A stretch of DNA of 64,000 nt. Source: Macrostomum lignano. Its lineage: Eukaryota. A program made the position numbers and the translations under genes. The DNA lies in assembly GCA_002269645.1 (NCBI GenBank), contig NIVC01000415.1, positions 372,001 through 436,000 of the forward strand, written 5' to 3'. Position 1 is the first letter of the stretch. The number at the start of each line of letters is the position of its first letter. Under the pieces are notes generated by a model. That model was not told the DNA's origin. It did no database searches and worked only from the letters and a program-made list of their open reading frames with translations. Of the stretch, positions 1 through 12,790 are shown piece by piece.

Positions 1-1355
1 CAGTCTCCCAATCAATCTCACTTGTCTCTTTTCCAAACTCTAATCTTACCTGTCTCTCACTCAGTCTCCCAATCAATCTCACTTGTCTCTTTTCCAATCT
101 CTAATCTTACCTGTCTCGCACTCAGTCTCCCAATCAATCTCACTTGTCTCTTTTCCAATCTCTAATCTTACCTGTCTCTCACTCAGTCTCCCAATCAATC
201 TCACTTGTCTCTTTTCCAATCTCTAATCTTACCTGTCTCGCACTCAGTCTCCCAATCAATCTCACTTGTCTCTTTTCCAAACTCTAATCTTACCTGTCTC
301 TCACTCAGTCTCCCAATCAATCTCACTTGTCTCTTTTCCAATCTCTAATCTTACCTGTCTCTCACTCAGTCTCCCAATCAATCTCACTTGTCTCTTTTCC
401 AATCTCTAATCTTACCTGTCTCTCACTCAGTCTCCCAATCAATCTCACTTGTCTCTTTTCCAATCTCTAATCTTACCTGTCTCGCACTCAGTCTCCCAAT
501 CAATCTCACTTGTCTCTTTTCCAATCTCTAATCTTACCTGTCTCTCACTCAGTCTCCCAATCAATCTCACTTGTCTCTTTTCCAAACTCTAATCTTACCT
601 GTCTCTCATTTAGCCTCCCAATCAATCTCACTTGTCTCTTTTCCAAACTCTAATCTTACCTGTCTCTCACTCAGTCTCCCAATCAATCTCACTTGTCTCT
701 TTTCCAATCTCTAATCTTACCTGTCTCTCACTCAGTCTCCCAATCAATCTCACTTGTCTCTTTTCCAATCTCTAATCTTACCTGTCTCTCACTCAGTCTC
801 CCAATCAATCTCACTTGTCTCTTTTCCAATCTCTAATCTTACCTGTCTCTCACTCAGTCTCCCAATCAATCTCACTTGTCTCTTTTCCAATCTCTAATCT
901 TACCTGTCTCTCACTCAGTCTCCCAATCAATCTCACTTGTCTCTTTTCCAATCTCTAATCTTACCTGTCTCGCACTCAGTCTCCCAATCAATCTCACTTG
1001 TCTCTTTTCCAATCTCTAATCTTACCTGTCTCTCACTCAGTCTCCCAATCAATCTCACTTGTCTCTTTTCCAATCTCTAATCTTACCTGTCTCTCACTCA
1101 GTCTCCCAATCAATCTCACTTGTCTATTTTCCAATCTCTAATCTTACCTGTCTCTCACTCAGTCTCCCAATCAATCTCACTTGTCTCTTTTCCAATCTCT
1201 AATCTTACCTGTCTCGCACTCAGTCTCCCAATCAATCTCACTTGTCTCTTTTCCAATCTCTAATCTTACCTGTCTCTCACTCAGTCTCCCAATCAATCTC
1301 ACTTGTCTCTTTTCCAAACTCTAATCTTACCTGTCTCTCATTTAGCCTCCCAATA
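1..1355. repeat. 61-bp minisatellite, ~22 copies, lying in intron 2 of the SCYL2-like gene
   Basis: Unit CAGTCTCCCAATCAATCTCACTTGTCTCTTTTCCAATCTCTAATCTTACCTGTCTCTCACT recurs at 1, 62, 123 and so on; runs off the window start. Confidence 0.97.
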
Positions 1356-1949
1356 AATCTCACCCAATCTCCCAAACAATCTCACCTGTCTGATTCCCAG
1401 ATCTCCTAATAAATGTCGCCTGTCTCTCTCCCAAATCTATCAATCAATCTCACCTGTCGTTCTTCTCATCTCCTTAATCAATCTCATGTGCTTGAGTCTC
1501 TCATTCACCGTCTCGCCCCACTAGCGTCCTTGGCGCAGAACTATCTATAGATTACAGCAGGTGTTTATCACAGAACTGGGCCAACCCAACAATCAATACT
1601 ATTGGCATGATACTCTACTTAAAAATGGATAATAGTATTCTATTATGTATAGCTACGGGGCTTAGATGCAGGTTTCTCAAGTGGAGATGCACCTGAGAGA
1701 GCACCTGATGAATCGCCCACTTAAGCCGAGGGTGAAGGAGAAGGGCCACGATCACTTCTCCCACATTCTGCCTCTCTACTCCCTCTCTGCTGGCTAGCAT
1801 ATTTTTGAGAAAGATATCTGATACAGTTTAGAATACATGTAGGAGCTTTTTATCTAGAGTGAGCTAGATTGATGTAGATTGATCTAGAGAGAGATTAAGA
1901 TACGCAAGAGTTAATTAAATTAGGCTTTAGTGAACTAGAGTGAGATAGA

Positions 1950-3705
1950 ATAAGCTAGAGTGAACTAGAGTTAACTACATTAGGCTAAAGTGAGCTAGAT
2001 TAGACTAGAGTGAACTAGAGTGAACTAAATTAGGTTAGAGTGAGCTAGATTAAGCTAGAGTGAGCTAGATTAAGCTAAAGTGAGCTAGATTAAGCTAGAT
2101 TAAGCTAGAGTGAGCTAGAGTGAGCTAGATTAAGCTAAAGTGAGCTAGATTAAGCTAGATTAAGCTAGAGTGAGCTAGATTAAGCTAGATTAAGCTAGAG
2201 TGAGCTAGATTAAGCTAGATTAAGCTAGAGTGAGCTAGATTAAGCTAGATTAAGCTAGAGTGAGCTAGAGTGAGCTACATTAAGCTAGAGTGAGCTAGAT
2301 TAAGCTAGATTAAGCTAGAGTGAGCTAGATTAAGCTAGATTAAGCTAGAGTGAGCTAGAGTGAGCTAGATTAAGCTAGAGTGAGCTAGATTAAGCTAGAT
2401 TAAGCTAGAGTGAGCTAGATTAAGCTAAAGTGAGCTAGATTAAGCTAGATTAAGCTAAAGTGAGCTAGAGTGAGCTAGATTAAGCTAAAGTGAGCTAGAT
2501 TAAGCTAGATTAAGCTAGAGTGAGCTAGATTAAGCTAAAGTGAGCTAGATTAAGCTAGATTAAGCTAGAGTGAGCTAGATTAAGCTAGATTAAGCTAGAG
2601 TGAGCTAGATTAAGCTAGATTAAGCTAGAGTGAGCTAGATTAAGCTAGATTAAGCTAGAGTGAGCTAGATTAAGCTAAAGTGAGCTAGATTAAGCTAGAT
2701 TAAGCTAGAGTGAGCTAGATTAAGCTAGATTAAGCTAGAGTGAGCTAGATTAAGCTAGATTAAGCTAGAGTGAGCTAGATTAAGCTAGATTAAGCTAGAG
2801 TGAGCTAGAGTGAGCTACATTAAGCTAGAGTGAGCTAGATTAAGCTAGATTAAGCTAGAGTGAGCTAGATTAAGCTAGATTAAGCTAGAGTGAGCTAGAG
2901 TGAGCTAGATTAAGCTAGAGTGAGCTAGATTAAGCTAGATTAAGCTAGAGTGAGCTAGATTAAGCTAAATTAAGCTAGAGTGAGCTAGAGTGAGCTAGAT
3001 TAAGCTAGAGTGAGCTAGATTAAGCTAGATTAAGCTAGATTAAGCTAGATTAAGCTAGAGTGAGCTAGATTAAGCTAGATTAAGCTAGAGTGAGCTAGAG
3101 TGAGCTAGATTAAGCTAGAGTGAGCTAGATTAAGCTAGATTAAGCTAGAGTGAGCTAGATTAAGCTAAATTAAGCTAGAGTGAGCTAGAGTGAGCTAGAT
3201 TAAGCTAGAGTGAGCTAGATTAAGCTAGATTAAGCTAGAGTGAGCTAGAGTGAGCTAGAGTGAGCTAGATTAAGCTAGATTAAGCTAGAGTGAGCTAGAT
3301 TAAGCTAGAGTGAGCTAGATTAAGCTAGAGTGAGCTAGATTAAGCTAGAGTGAGCTAGATTAAGCTAGAGTGAGCTAGAATGAGCTAGAGTGAGCTAGAT
3401 TAAGCTAGATTAAGCTAGAGTGAGCTAGAGTGATCTAGATAAAGCTAGAGTGAGCTAGAGAGAGCTAGATTAAGCTAGAGTGAGCTAGATTAAGCTAAAG
3501 TGAGCTAGATTAAGCTAGAGTGAGCTAGATTAAGCTAGAGTGAGCTAGATTAAGCTAGAGTGAGCTAGATTAAGCTCGAGTGAGCTAGAATGAGCTAGAG
3601 TGAGCTACATTAAGCTAGATTAAGCTAAAGTGAGCTAGAGTGATCTAGATAAAGCTAGAGTGAGCTAGAGTGAGCTAGATTAAGCTAGAGTGAGCTAGAG
3701 AATGA
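1950..3705. repeat. 10-bp two-monomer minisatellite (AGCTAGATTA / AGCTAGAGTG)
   Basis: Strict 10-bp register over ~1.75 kb with two interspersed monomer types. Confidence 0.97.
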
Positions 3706-3765
3706 GTGAGTGATCAAAAGTGAGCTATCGTGAGACAGAGTCTTCAACCCTGCACTCCAGCTCAC

Positions 3766-3926
3766 CTGCACTCTTCAATGTGATTCCAGATCTGCAGCAG
3801 TTTCGGATGCCGGAATCTGTCCATGTAGCGCAGTTCTCTGCGAACAATTTCTGTCGCAGATTCGCGCCGTTTCGATTTGTGCAGCTTCTCCGCCGCTTTC
3901 TTGTCGAACACGAATAGTGAGCATTC
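3766..3926 (-). CDS. SCYL2: SCY1-like pseudokinase (SCYL2-like), coding exon 2
   Basis: Acceptor CCCCAACAG, donor AG|GTGAGC. 161 nt encoding ECSLFVFDKKAAEKLHKSKRRESATEIVRRELRYMDRFRHPKLLQIWNHIEEC, in phase with exon 1. Matches the SCYL2 pattern (xVFVFDKK...RxRHPxLL...EE). Downstream exons lie left of the window. Confidence 0.85.
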
Positions 3927-3949
3927 CTGTTGGGGGGGGGGGTTGAGTG

Positions 3950-4340
3950 ATTGGGCAATTTCATTCTTGCGCCGATTCTTGTGATAGTGGCTCTGATTCT
4001 AGTGATAATGGCGCCAATTCTTGTGATAGTAGCGCCGATTCTAGTAGTAATAGTGGCGCCGATTCTTTTAATAGTGGTGCCGATTCTTGTGATAATGGCG
4101 CCGATTCTAGTAGTGATAGTGGCGCCGATTCTTGTGATAGTGGCGCCGATTCTAGTGATAATGGCGCCGATTCTTGTGATAGTAGTGATAGTGGCGCCGA
4201 TTCTTGTGGTAGGGGCGCCGATTCTTGTGATAGTGGCTCTGATTCTAGTGAAAGTGGCGCCGATTCTTATGATCGTGGCGCCGATTCTAGTGATAGTGGC
4301 GACGATTCTAATGCTAGTGGCGCCGATTCTAATGAAAATA
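3950..4340. repeat. ~21-bp GGCGCC-containing minisatellite (GTGGCGCCGATTCTTGTGATA and variants)
   Basis: Direct tandem units; explains the S/D-rich and ILVIV ORFs. Confidence 0.9.
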
Positions 4341-4424
4341 GAATCGTTTCAATGCTTGTTCTAAGAATTTTGGCGCCGTAATGCTAGGTGCAGCATTAAA
4401 ACCAAATTTTGATGTTGCGCCAAA

Positions 4425-4870
4425 TTCAAAGCTGAATATGGCGCCAAAATTAAAGCTAGATATGGCGCCAAAATCAAAGCTAGATATACCGCCAAAATCA
4501 AAGCTAGATATACCGCCAAATGCAAAGCTAGATATGGCGCCAAAATCAAAGCTAGATATGACGCCAAATTTAAAGCTAAATATGGCGCCAAAATCAAAGC
4601 TGGAGGTGGCGCCAAAATCAACGCTAAATATGACGCCAAATTCGGAGCTAGATATGACGCCAAATTCGGAGCTAGATATGACGCCAAATTCGGAGCTAGA
4701 TATGACGCCAAATTCGGAACTAGATATGACGCCAAATTCGGAGCTAGATATGATGCCAAATTCGGAACTAGATATGACGCCAAATTCGGAGCTAGATATG
4801 ATGCCAAATTCGGAGCTAGATATGATGCCAAATTCGGAGCTGCATATAGCGCCAAATGCAGAGCTAGATA
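4425..4870. repeat. 24-bp minisatellite (GCTAGATATGACGCCAAATTCGGA)
   Basis: Direct tandem units. Confidence 0.9.
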
Positions 4871-5219
4871 TCCTTGGCTTTCAAAGATACTTTTATCTCA
4901 GCTTTCAATCAGTCAAAAAACATTTGGAAGCAAAAAGGTTTCCCTGTCATGGAAGTGTCTGGCTTAGGGAGAAGAGAGACAAAAGGGGATTCGGTCAACG
5001 GATTTGACCGGCTGAAAGCAGACTTAAGAGTCTTTATTTAGAGTTGAATGGCTGCGGCAAACCAGAATAACACAGAAACAAAAAACCTGGCTCAAAGAAA
5101 ATTTCTGAATGCGTCAGATCTGCGGAAGAAAGAATCGCAAACAAAAGAATAGGCAGAAACAGGCAGTGGCCGCGAAATGGTGGGAGAGAGAGGTGGGTTG
5201 AAAAAGGTAAGAGGGGGCT

Positions 5220-5745
5220 ATAGGAGGGAACAGAGAATGAGAGAGGGAGAGGATGAGAGAGAAAGAGAGGTAGAGAAAGAGGACAGAGAGGCAGAGGGAG
5301 AGAGGGAGGGAGAACGGAGAGAGGGAGAGGGTGAGTGAGAAGGAGAGGGAGAGAGGTAGAGGGATCGCTGGATAGATGGAGAGGGAGGGAGAGAGGGAGG
5401 GGGGAGGAGGGATGGAGAACGGAGAGAGGTTGGGAGACGGAGAGAGGGAGGCAAAGGGATAGAGTCAGGGACAGGGAGAGAGGGAAAGAGGGAGAGATGG
5501 ATGGGGAGGGAGAGGGAGAGACGGTAGATGGGAGGTAGCAGAGAGGGGGCGTAGAGGGAGAGAGAGAGATGGAGAGGGGAAGGGAGAGGGTGGGAGAGAG
5601 GGGACGGAGTGGATACTTGGATAGATGGAGAGGGGAAGGGAGAGGGTGGGAGAGAGGGGACGGAGTGGATACTTGGATAGATGGAGAGGGAAAGAGAGAG
5701 GGTGGGAGAGAGGGGACGGAGTGGATACTTGGATAGATGAAGAGG
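5220..5745. repeat. GA-rich low-complexity / degenerate tandem tract
   Basis: Purine-only plus strand with repeated GGAGAGGGGAAGGGAGAGGG blocks. Confidence 0.85.
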
Positions 5746-5958
5746 GAGAGAAATAAAGACGAGAGGAAGACAGTAAAAACAATATAATGGAAAAAATTTT
5801 AAATGCGACTTAGAATGGATGAATATTTGGTCAAAAGCCCGAGTCCCGTGAAATATTAAACTCAATAACTGACTTTTACCCCTCAAAAAGGAGGCCTCTC
5901 AATGTCGACTCAAAGAGGTTTTTCACGAATGCCTTTCTGGCAAAACCTTTTTTGGCTG

Positions 5959-5960
<2 letters not shown>

Positions 5961-5992
<32 letters not shown>
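5961..5992. repeat. (TC)n microsatellite
   Basis: Pure TC run. Confidence 0.95.
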
Positions 5993-5994
<2 letters not shown>

Positions 5995-6199
5995 GGAGCT
6001 AAATGAGCTGGAAAATAATTTATCCTTCAATTTTATTACTAAGTTCCAGGCAGAGTAGCATGTGCGTGCTTTTCTGAGTCAGTGATTTCTAATTAATGTT
6101 TGTTTGCTTTTTTAAACGAAATGGAGTTTGCGTGAACGAGATTGAAACCTCGGATAATTAACAGTTTGCTCGCTGCGGGAAAATCTCATCTTTTTCTCT

Positions 6200-6950
6200 G
6201 GTGTCCATCTCACTCGCATCTTACTCCAATCTCACACGGATCTCTCTCGCATCTCACTCCAATCTCACACGAATCTCCCTCGCATCTCACTCCAATCTCA
6301 CACGAATCTCGCTCCAATCTCATACGAATGCCACTCCAATCTCACTCCAATCTCAACCAAATCTCAATCCAATCTCACTCCAACCTCAATCCAATCTCAC
6401 ACCAATTTCACACCAATCTCACACCAATCTCACTCTAATCTCACACGAATCTCACTCCAATCTCACACGAATCGCACTCCAATCTCACCCGAATCTCACT
6501 CCAATCTCACACAAATCTCACACGAATCTCGCTCCAATCTCACACGAATGCCACTCCAATCTCACTCCAATCTCAACCAAATCTCAATCCAATATCACTC
6601 CAACCTCAATCCAATCTCACAAAAATCTCACACCAGTCTCACACGAATCTCACTCCAATCTCACCACCATCTCGCTCCAATCTCACCCGCATCTCACTCC
6701 AATCTCACTCCAATCTCACACCAATCTCACCCCAATCTCCTTCCAATCTCACACGAATATCATACGATCCTCACTCCAATCTCACACGAATCTCATACGA
6801 TCCTCACTCCAATCTCACACGAATCTTATGCGATCCTCACTCCAATCTCACACAAATCTCATACGATCCTCACTCCAATCTCACACGAATCTCACTCCAA
6901 TCTCATACGAATCTCACTCCAATCTCACCTAACGAATCTCACTGTAATCT
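6200..6950. repeat. 11-bp minisatellite (TCTCACTCCAA / TCTCACACGAA) abutting the SCYL2 exon-1 donor
   Basis: Tandem units; on the minus strand it reads GTGAGATTGGA, beginning with the same GTGAGA as the donor. Confidence 0.92.
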
Positions 6951-6953
6951 CAC

Positions 6954-7199
6954 CTTTCCATCGTCCAGTCGAACCGCATCGAAAATTTTCCACGCCATGG
7001 CCTGGCCAGCGCTGCCCGACTGTCGGCGAACTTGAAATTGCCTCGGAGACAAGGGGGCCGCTCCGCTGGCGCCTCCGGTGCTGCCGCCGCTGCTGCAGTC
7101 GGTTGCCATAGCAGCCGCGGCTGCAAACATCGAGGAATTGCCTCCGCCACCGCCGCTGCCGCCATCGCTGCTGTTCCCAATTGCAGCGCAACTGCGCAT
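6954..7199 (-). CDS. SCYL2: SCY1-like pseudokinase (SCYL2-like), coding exon 1
   Basis: ...PRQFQVRRQSGSAGQAMAWKIFDAVRLDDGK followed by AAG|GTGAGA, phase 0 into exon 2. Matches the SCYL2 N-lobe (F.V..HIASGG..LAWKIF). Start ATG is ambiguous (7199, 7130 or 7109); there is an in-frame TAG just upstream of 7199. Confidence 0.82.
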
Positions 7200-7699
7200 T
7201 TTCTATCTATAGACAGAGATCTTCTTCTAGTAGAGGACTGCGGAGCTTGAAGAAATTATAGCGAAGACACGGAGCAAATTGGTCTTAGACAGGCTGCTTT
7301 TAAGATCCTCGCGTGGCTCGCTGATTGGCTGGCTTCTGAGTTAGGGGGGGGGGGAGTATGCCTCATTTCTGTCTCCTCTCTCCCCCCTCTCTCTCTCAAC
7401 CCTAGCTTCAGGAAAGCCAACGACCGATGCAAGACGTAACTGTTTTCAAACGGCACAGATGCTCATTGATTGTTGCACCGTCATCGTTCCAACCGTCACA
7501 CAACTCCAAGGCCCGGTAGTAAAGTCCCAAGTCTTTCGGTAGGTTCGAATCTGTGGAAACTACAAGTCTATCCTAATGCTTTTAATTCTCGAAAATTGGA
7601 ACTCAAACTACTTGGCTACTTGAAGATATTTCTTAGAAACTACAAAACCTAGACCTAGACCACAAAGGGCTGCATCCCTGTGAGTCACGCTGCTGTCTC

Positions 7700-8584
<885 letters not shown>

Positions 8585-9009
8585 TGATAAGTTTTGTAGT
8601 ACTTCTTTTGAATAGTACAAACAAGTAACCCTCGGGGACAGCATCGCCTCTCTCTGGCCTAGGCAGTTGCCCATGAAACAAGCATAAAATAAGCCTAACC
8701 CTAATGGATTTCCGCTCGGGCAGCACTTGAAAAAATAGGCAACAACGCCTTTGCCAATTCAACCACGAAGGGAAAATGTACTAATTCTCATCCTTAAGAC
8801 AGCAAATTTTTCTCGCGTGCAATGGCCCATGTCGAATGCTGCTCGAGCAGGGCAAAATCAAAACTGACTATTTTATTATTAGAAAACTGTCAGGGGGAAA
8901 CTGATAATTACAGGTTCCCTGGGGGCATTTTTTGTAAACTAAAATAGGAATCAGGAAATGGAAAGAAGAGAAGGGGAGAAATAAAAGAAACGGTTGCACT
9001 TACACTCGC

Positions 9010-9430
9010 TCTACTTCTCTCTGACTCTCTCTACCAACTCTCTTTAACTCTCCCAACTCTCTTCTCTCTCTACCTCTCTACCTCTCTACCTCTCTCTCTA
9101 CTTCTCTCTCTACCTCTCTCTCTACTTCTCTCTCTCTATCTCTCTACCCCTCTCTCTTACTCTCTCTACCTCTCTCTACTTCTCTCTCTACCTCTCTCTA
9201 CTTCTCTCTCTACCTCTCTCTACTTCTCTCTTTATCTCTCTACTGCTCTCTCTACCTCTCTCTACTTCTCTCTCTATCTCTCTACTGCTCTCTCTACCTC
9301 TCTCTACTTCTCTCTCTACCTCTCTCTACTTCTCTCTCTACTTCTTTCTCTACTTCTCTCTACCTCTCTATCTCTCTCTACCACTCTACCTCTCGCTATC
9401 CCTTTTCTACCCATATTTCTCTTTACCTCC
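9010..9430. repeat. CT-rich degenerate tandem repeat (CTCTCTCTAC-type)
   Basis: Pyrimidine-rich repeated units. Confidence 0.88.
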
Positions 9431-10510
9431 CTCTACTCTACACGATAACATACAAGCAGACATAAGCAAATTCCCGATATGTGGCGCAGTCTTTATATTA
9501 GACTATAAAACTGCACTAAAATTTTAGTCGATGATTTGTTTCACGGAAAAGTACAACTGCGGCTCAAAAAGCTATCAAAACTGATTATTCACTTTGCAAA
9601 GGACTGACGGGAATGAAAAATACGCACAACAATCCCAGGGTCCTGAAGCAGATTTGTTGCAGAATTTTATCAAATAAGAAGGGGACGAGATCGAATAAAG
9701 GAAAGCACGAACAGGGACGCCTATGTAAAGAAATCTGGTTTGGCGGCTCCCTTAGCAAGTTTGAAAAATTCACGATATCTAAATTTTATTTTAGTGCGCT
9801 TGTGACAGTTTGAAAAGTGTGAAAAGGGAAAAAAGTAAAAAAATGGTTTGACATTAAAGTCTTTTTTAACCATTTTAATTAGTTCCTGTTCGGTACAAGT
9901 ATGCTCTGAGCTCGAGGTGCGTTGCATACTAAAAAATCTGTGAAATTTTATCAGTCCAAAACTACATTTGATTCAACCACTGGCTACGGAATCTATAGCC
10001 CTTGAAATTAAGAAAAAGTAAGCTTTGCACAACTGACTGAAAATGGTCAGAGACAGCATCTGTAGGATCGGATTATCGGCTCGTACAGTCAGGAACAGGT
10101 GCTGTCTCTTGTTTCTAACAACTTCTGCTTATTTTCAAGGACTGGCTTTTGCACCTGCACCCAGGAGAGCTGATTTAAAATACGCTGTAAATCTGATGCG
10201 TGCTGTACTGATCGTGTTCCAAGCCAAGAGGGGGTTGTAGCCCAGTGGTGGCGTCGGACTTCACGACTGAAAGGTCGGAGGTTCGATTCTCAATCCCACT
10301 CGTAACAATTTGTGTCCTTGAGCAAGACACTTAACCCTGAATTGCTTCAGTTCACCCAGCTGTAAAATGGGTGCCAGCATTAGCTGGGGTAATTAAGGGT
10401 GTGTGTGGCGACCCCCCAGTCCTTGGACTGAACAGCCGTACGCAGCCTTTAGATGCGCCGCGCAATAGCTGCGGCTGAGCTGTCGGTTGCACATCTGGCC
10501 ATTAGGGCAG

Positions 10511-11097
10511 GGGCCTATTTCATAAAGCACTTGTCGGACAAGTTACAAGTGACAAGTGACAAGCAAAATTTGACAAATTACAAGCGCTTCTTCGGGGTGA
10601 CGTCCATAGACATGCACTAAGCTGGATGCTTCTGTGTCTTGTGTTTTCGACAAGTCGCTGTGACACTTGTAGCTTTATTAAAGCTGTGTATTCAAGCCCG
10701 AGAAGAACGCAGAGGCCGTCTTTACGCTCGTAGAGCAAGTCTGTCTAAAACGCAGATCCTAAAATTGTGGTCTGTGGTCTAAAGCAGGGATAGCCTCTAT
10801 GGTCGCTGCGCTACCCAGGAAGGGACACTCACCCGCCCACCCCACTCCGCTATACTTGTATGCTGCCTAAACTAGTGTCCCTTTCTGGGGAGCGCAGCGA
10901 CCATAGAGGCTTCCCTGTCTAAAGGCTGGATCGATTTCATATGGTGTCTCAACCATAGGCATAAAATTGAGTTATTTTCAACACGAGTAAGGACCCATGT
11001 TTTTGAAACCAAAATCGTTGACGCTTGACACTTGTCACTCACTTGTCATTTGTCGACTTGTCACTTGTCACTTGTAGCTTTTTTATGAAATCGGCCC
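10511..11097. mobile_element. Non-autonomous PIF/Harbinger-type DNA transposon (587 bp)
   Basis: 16-bp TIRs GGGCCTATTTCATAAA / TTTATGAAATCGGCCC (1 mismatch), 3-bp CAG TSD, subterminal ACAAGTG/CACTTGT repeats. The empty site GGGCAGGTGTAAT is seen in SINE copy 3. Confidence 0.88.
10785..10917. mobile_element. 133-bp hAT-like MITE nested in the Harbinger element
   Basis: ~45-bp imperfect TIRs starting CAGGGA and ending TCCCTG; TCTAAAG duplicated on both sides, resembling the NTCTAGAN target of hAT-Charlie. Confidence 0.75.
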
Positions 11098-11149
11098 CAG
11101 GTGTAATTAGTTAAGATAATAATTATTACTTAAATCAAGCAAAGAATTT

Positions 11150-11830
11150 GCCATAGACAGTCTCGGCAGCATGGCTCTGGCTGAATCGAGAGTATTTTGG
11201 CCTTAGACATTCACTGTCAAAAGGCTGAAAACTGGTATGGTAGAGCGGTGGTTGAACTAAAGTCCACCAGGCTAGTGAGCACGAACATCCAGTCCAACAA
11301 ATCGTTTAGCACCTTTAATTTCTGACACCTTTAAATGTGACAATTCTGCGACCCAAATTAACCTGCGACTCGATGTGACAATGTGACAATGCAATTGGTT
11401 TATTTGCGATAGGCTGGGTGTCGCAGTTGAGTAGAGATTGTCTATGGTTAAGCCTGTTTTTGATTCGCTGATGGATAGAGAGTGAAGCCATAGACTAAAG
11501 TTCATTTTAATCTGGATAGGGACAATGCAGACTTTTTTACCATTCTGGTCTGCTTTCTACGTCCAGAGAATGTTGAATCCAGAGAAATCTGCCTGACTAG
11601 AGGGTCTCCATCATTTCGTATCAACAGAAAAGTTGAGATGGCTAATTATGAATCAGCAAGTCTTGCTCCAAGACATTTGGACGGAGTACAAGAGGATGCA
11701 CTCGATGAACCGAGACAAGCTTGAACGATAAAGAATTGTGAATCATGAGTGCAAGCTCTGAAGATGACCGCTTGTGTCGAAACGCGTTGGCTATAATAAT
11801 AATTTACTTATATGTTGGTGTTGGCCTTCA
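11150..11830 (+). mobile_element. Degenerate Penelope-like element remnant with a hammerhead-like motif
   Basis: Fragmentary GIY-YIG C-terminal-like peptides (ALAE..W..AENWYGRAVVE; ESEAI..NLDRD) followed by CTGAAGA-T-GAC..GTC-GAAACGCGTT at 11758-11788. Confidence 0.4.
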
Positions 11831-12409
11831 TTTCTGTAATGATAATTCTATAGTAATGTTATATTGTCACTCCAGATAACTATCTGTGATACTCCCTGGC
11901 GGGCAGAGACAGAACAACGCAGGGACAGATGGTCTTTGCGTGACAGATTGCTCCACCCTAGCATCCCCCTAGCAGCCAGGGATCGAGTGCGATTACTGAC
12001 TCTGATTGAGGCTATGGACTTGAGCTTGTATGGGCTATGCTCATAAATATCTGCTGTTGACAACAGCGCCACTCCAAATGCAGTTCAGTCTCCATTGCTG
12101 CATATTTCTGAAGCCAGCGGTTGTGCTTTAGAAATTCGATAGTGGTCCCAGGCTGCTCTTTTTGACTACTTTTTGTACGAGCAGATTGCTATTTTTGCCT
12201 TGCTTTTTTCAGCGATTTTTCTGTTCATTCTCTAAACCTGTCAATCTTTGCTCTGTTTCAAGCTCCTCCTATAACTTTCTTCCATAAATTTCCCTGTCAT
12301 CTCTTCTGTCCATCATCCTCAATGTTCTATTTCTGTGTTTCTGTCTTTTGTCTCTCCCGTTTTGAAAATCTCCCACAATTAGTCTCTGTCCTCTCGTTAT
12401 ATCTCTCAC

Positions 12410-12790
12410 TAGTCTTATCTCCCTCCCGTTCTATCTCCCTCCCGTTCTATCTATCTCCCGTTCTATCTCCCTCCCGTTCTATCTATCTCCCGTTCTATCT
12501 CCCTCCCGTTCTATCTCCCTCCCGTTCCATCTCCCTCCCGTTCTATCTCTCTCCCGTTCTATCTCCCTCCCGTTCTATCTCCCTCCCGTTCCATCTCCCT
12601 CCCGTTCTATCTCTCTCCCGTTCTCCCGTTCTATCTCTCTTCCCTTCTATCTCTCTCCCGTTCTATCTCCCTCCCACTCTATCTCCCTCCCGTTCTATCT
12701 CTCTCACGATCTGTTCTATCTCTATCCCGTTTTATCTCCCTCTTGTTATTTTTCTCTCCCGTTGTATCTCTCTCCCACTCTATCTATATT
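12410..12790. repeat. 16-bp minisatellite (TTCTATCTCCCTCCCG)
   Basis: Tandem units. Confidence 0.88.

Larger units (their letters stand above)
10231..11130 (+). mobile_element. tRNA-derived SINE copy 1, with its tail interrupted by a Harbinger MITE
   Basis: A box TAGCCCAGTGG, B box GGTTCGATTC, body TGTGTCCTTGAGCAAGACACTT...GTTCACCCAGCTGTAAAATGGGT; colinear with the copies at 25.3-26.0 and 59.8-60.1 kb; the tail resumes at 11101. Confidence 0.88.

Noticed and set aside
1615-1800. 61-aa minus-strand ORF as SCYL2 exon 3
   Set aside because: The phase required by exon 2 hits a stop, and the expected AFxTEPV motif is absent
10231-10305. tRNA genes at the SINE heads (also ~25900-25968 and 59794-59870)
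   Set aside because: A/B boxes are present, but the cloverleaf is degenerate and each continues into the same SINE body
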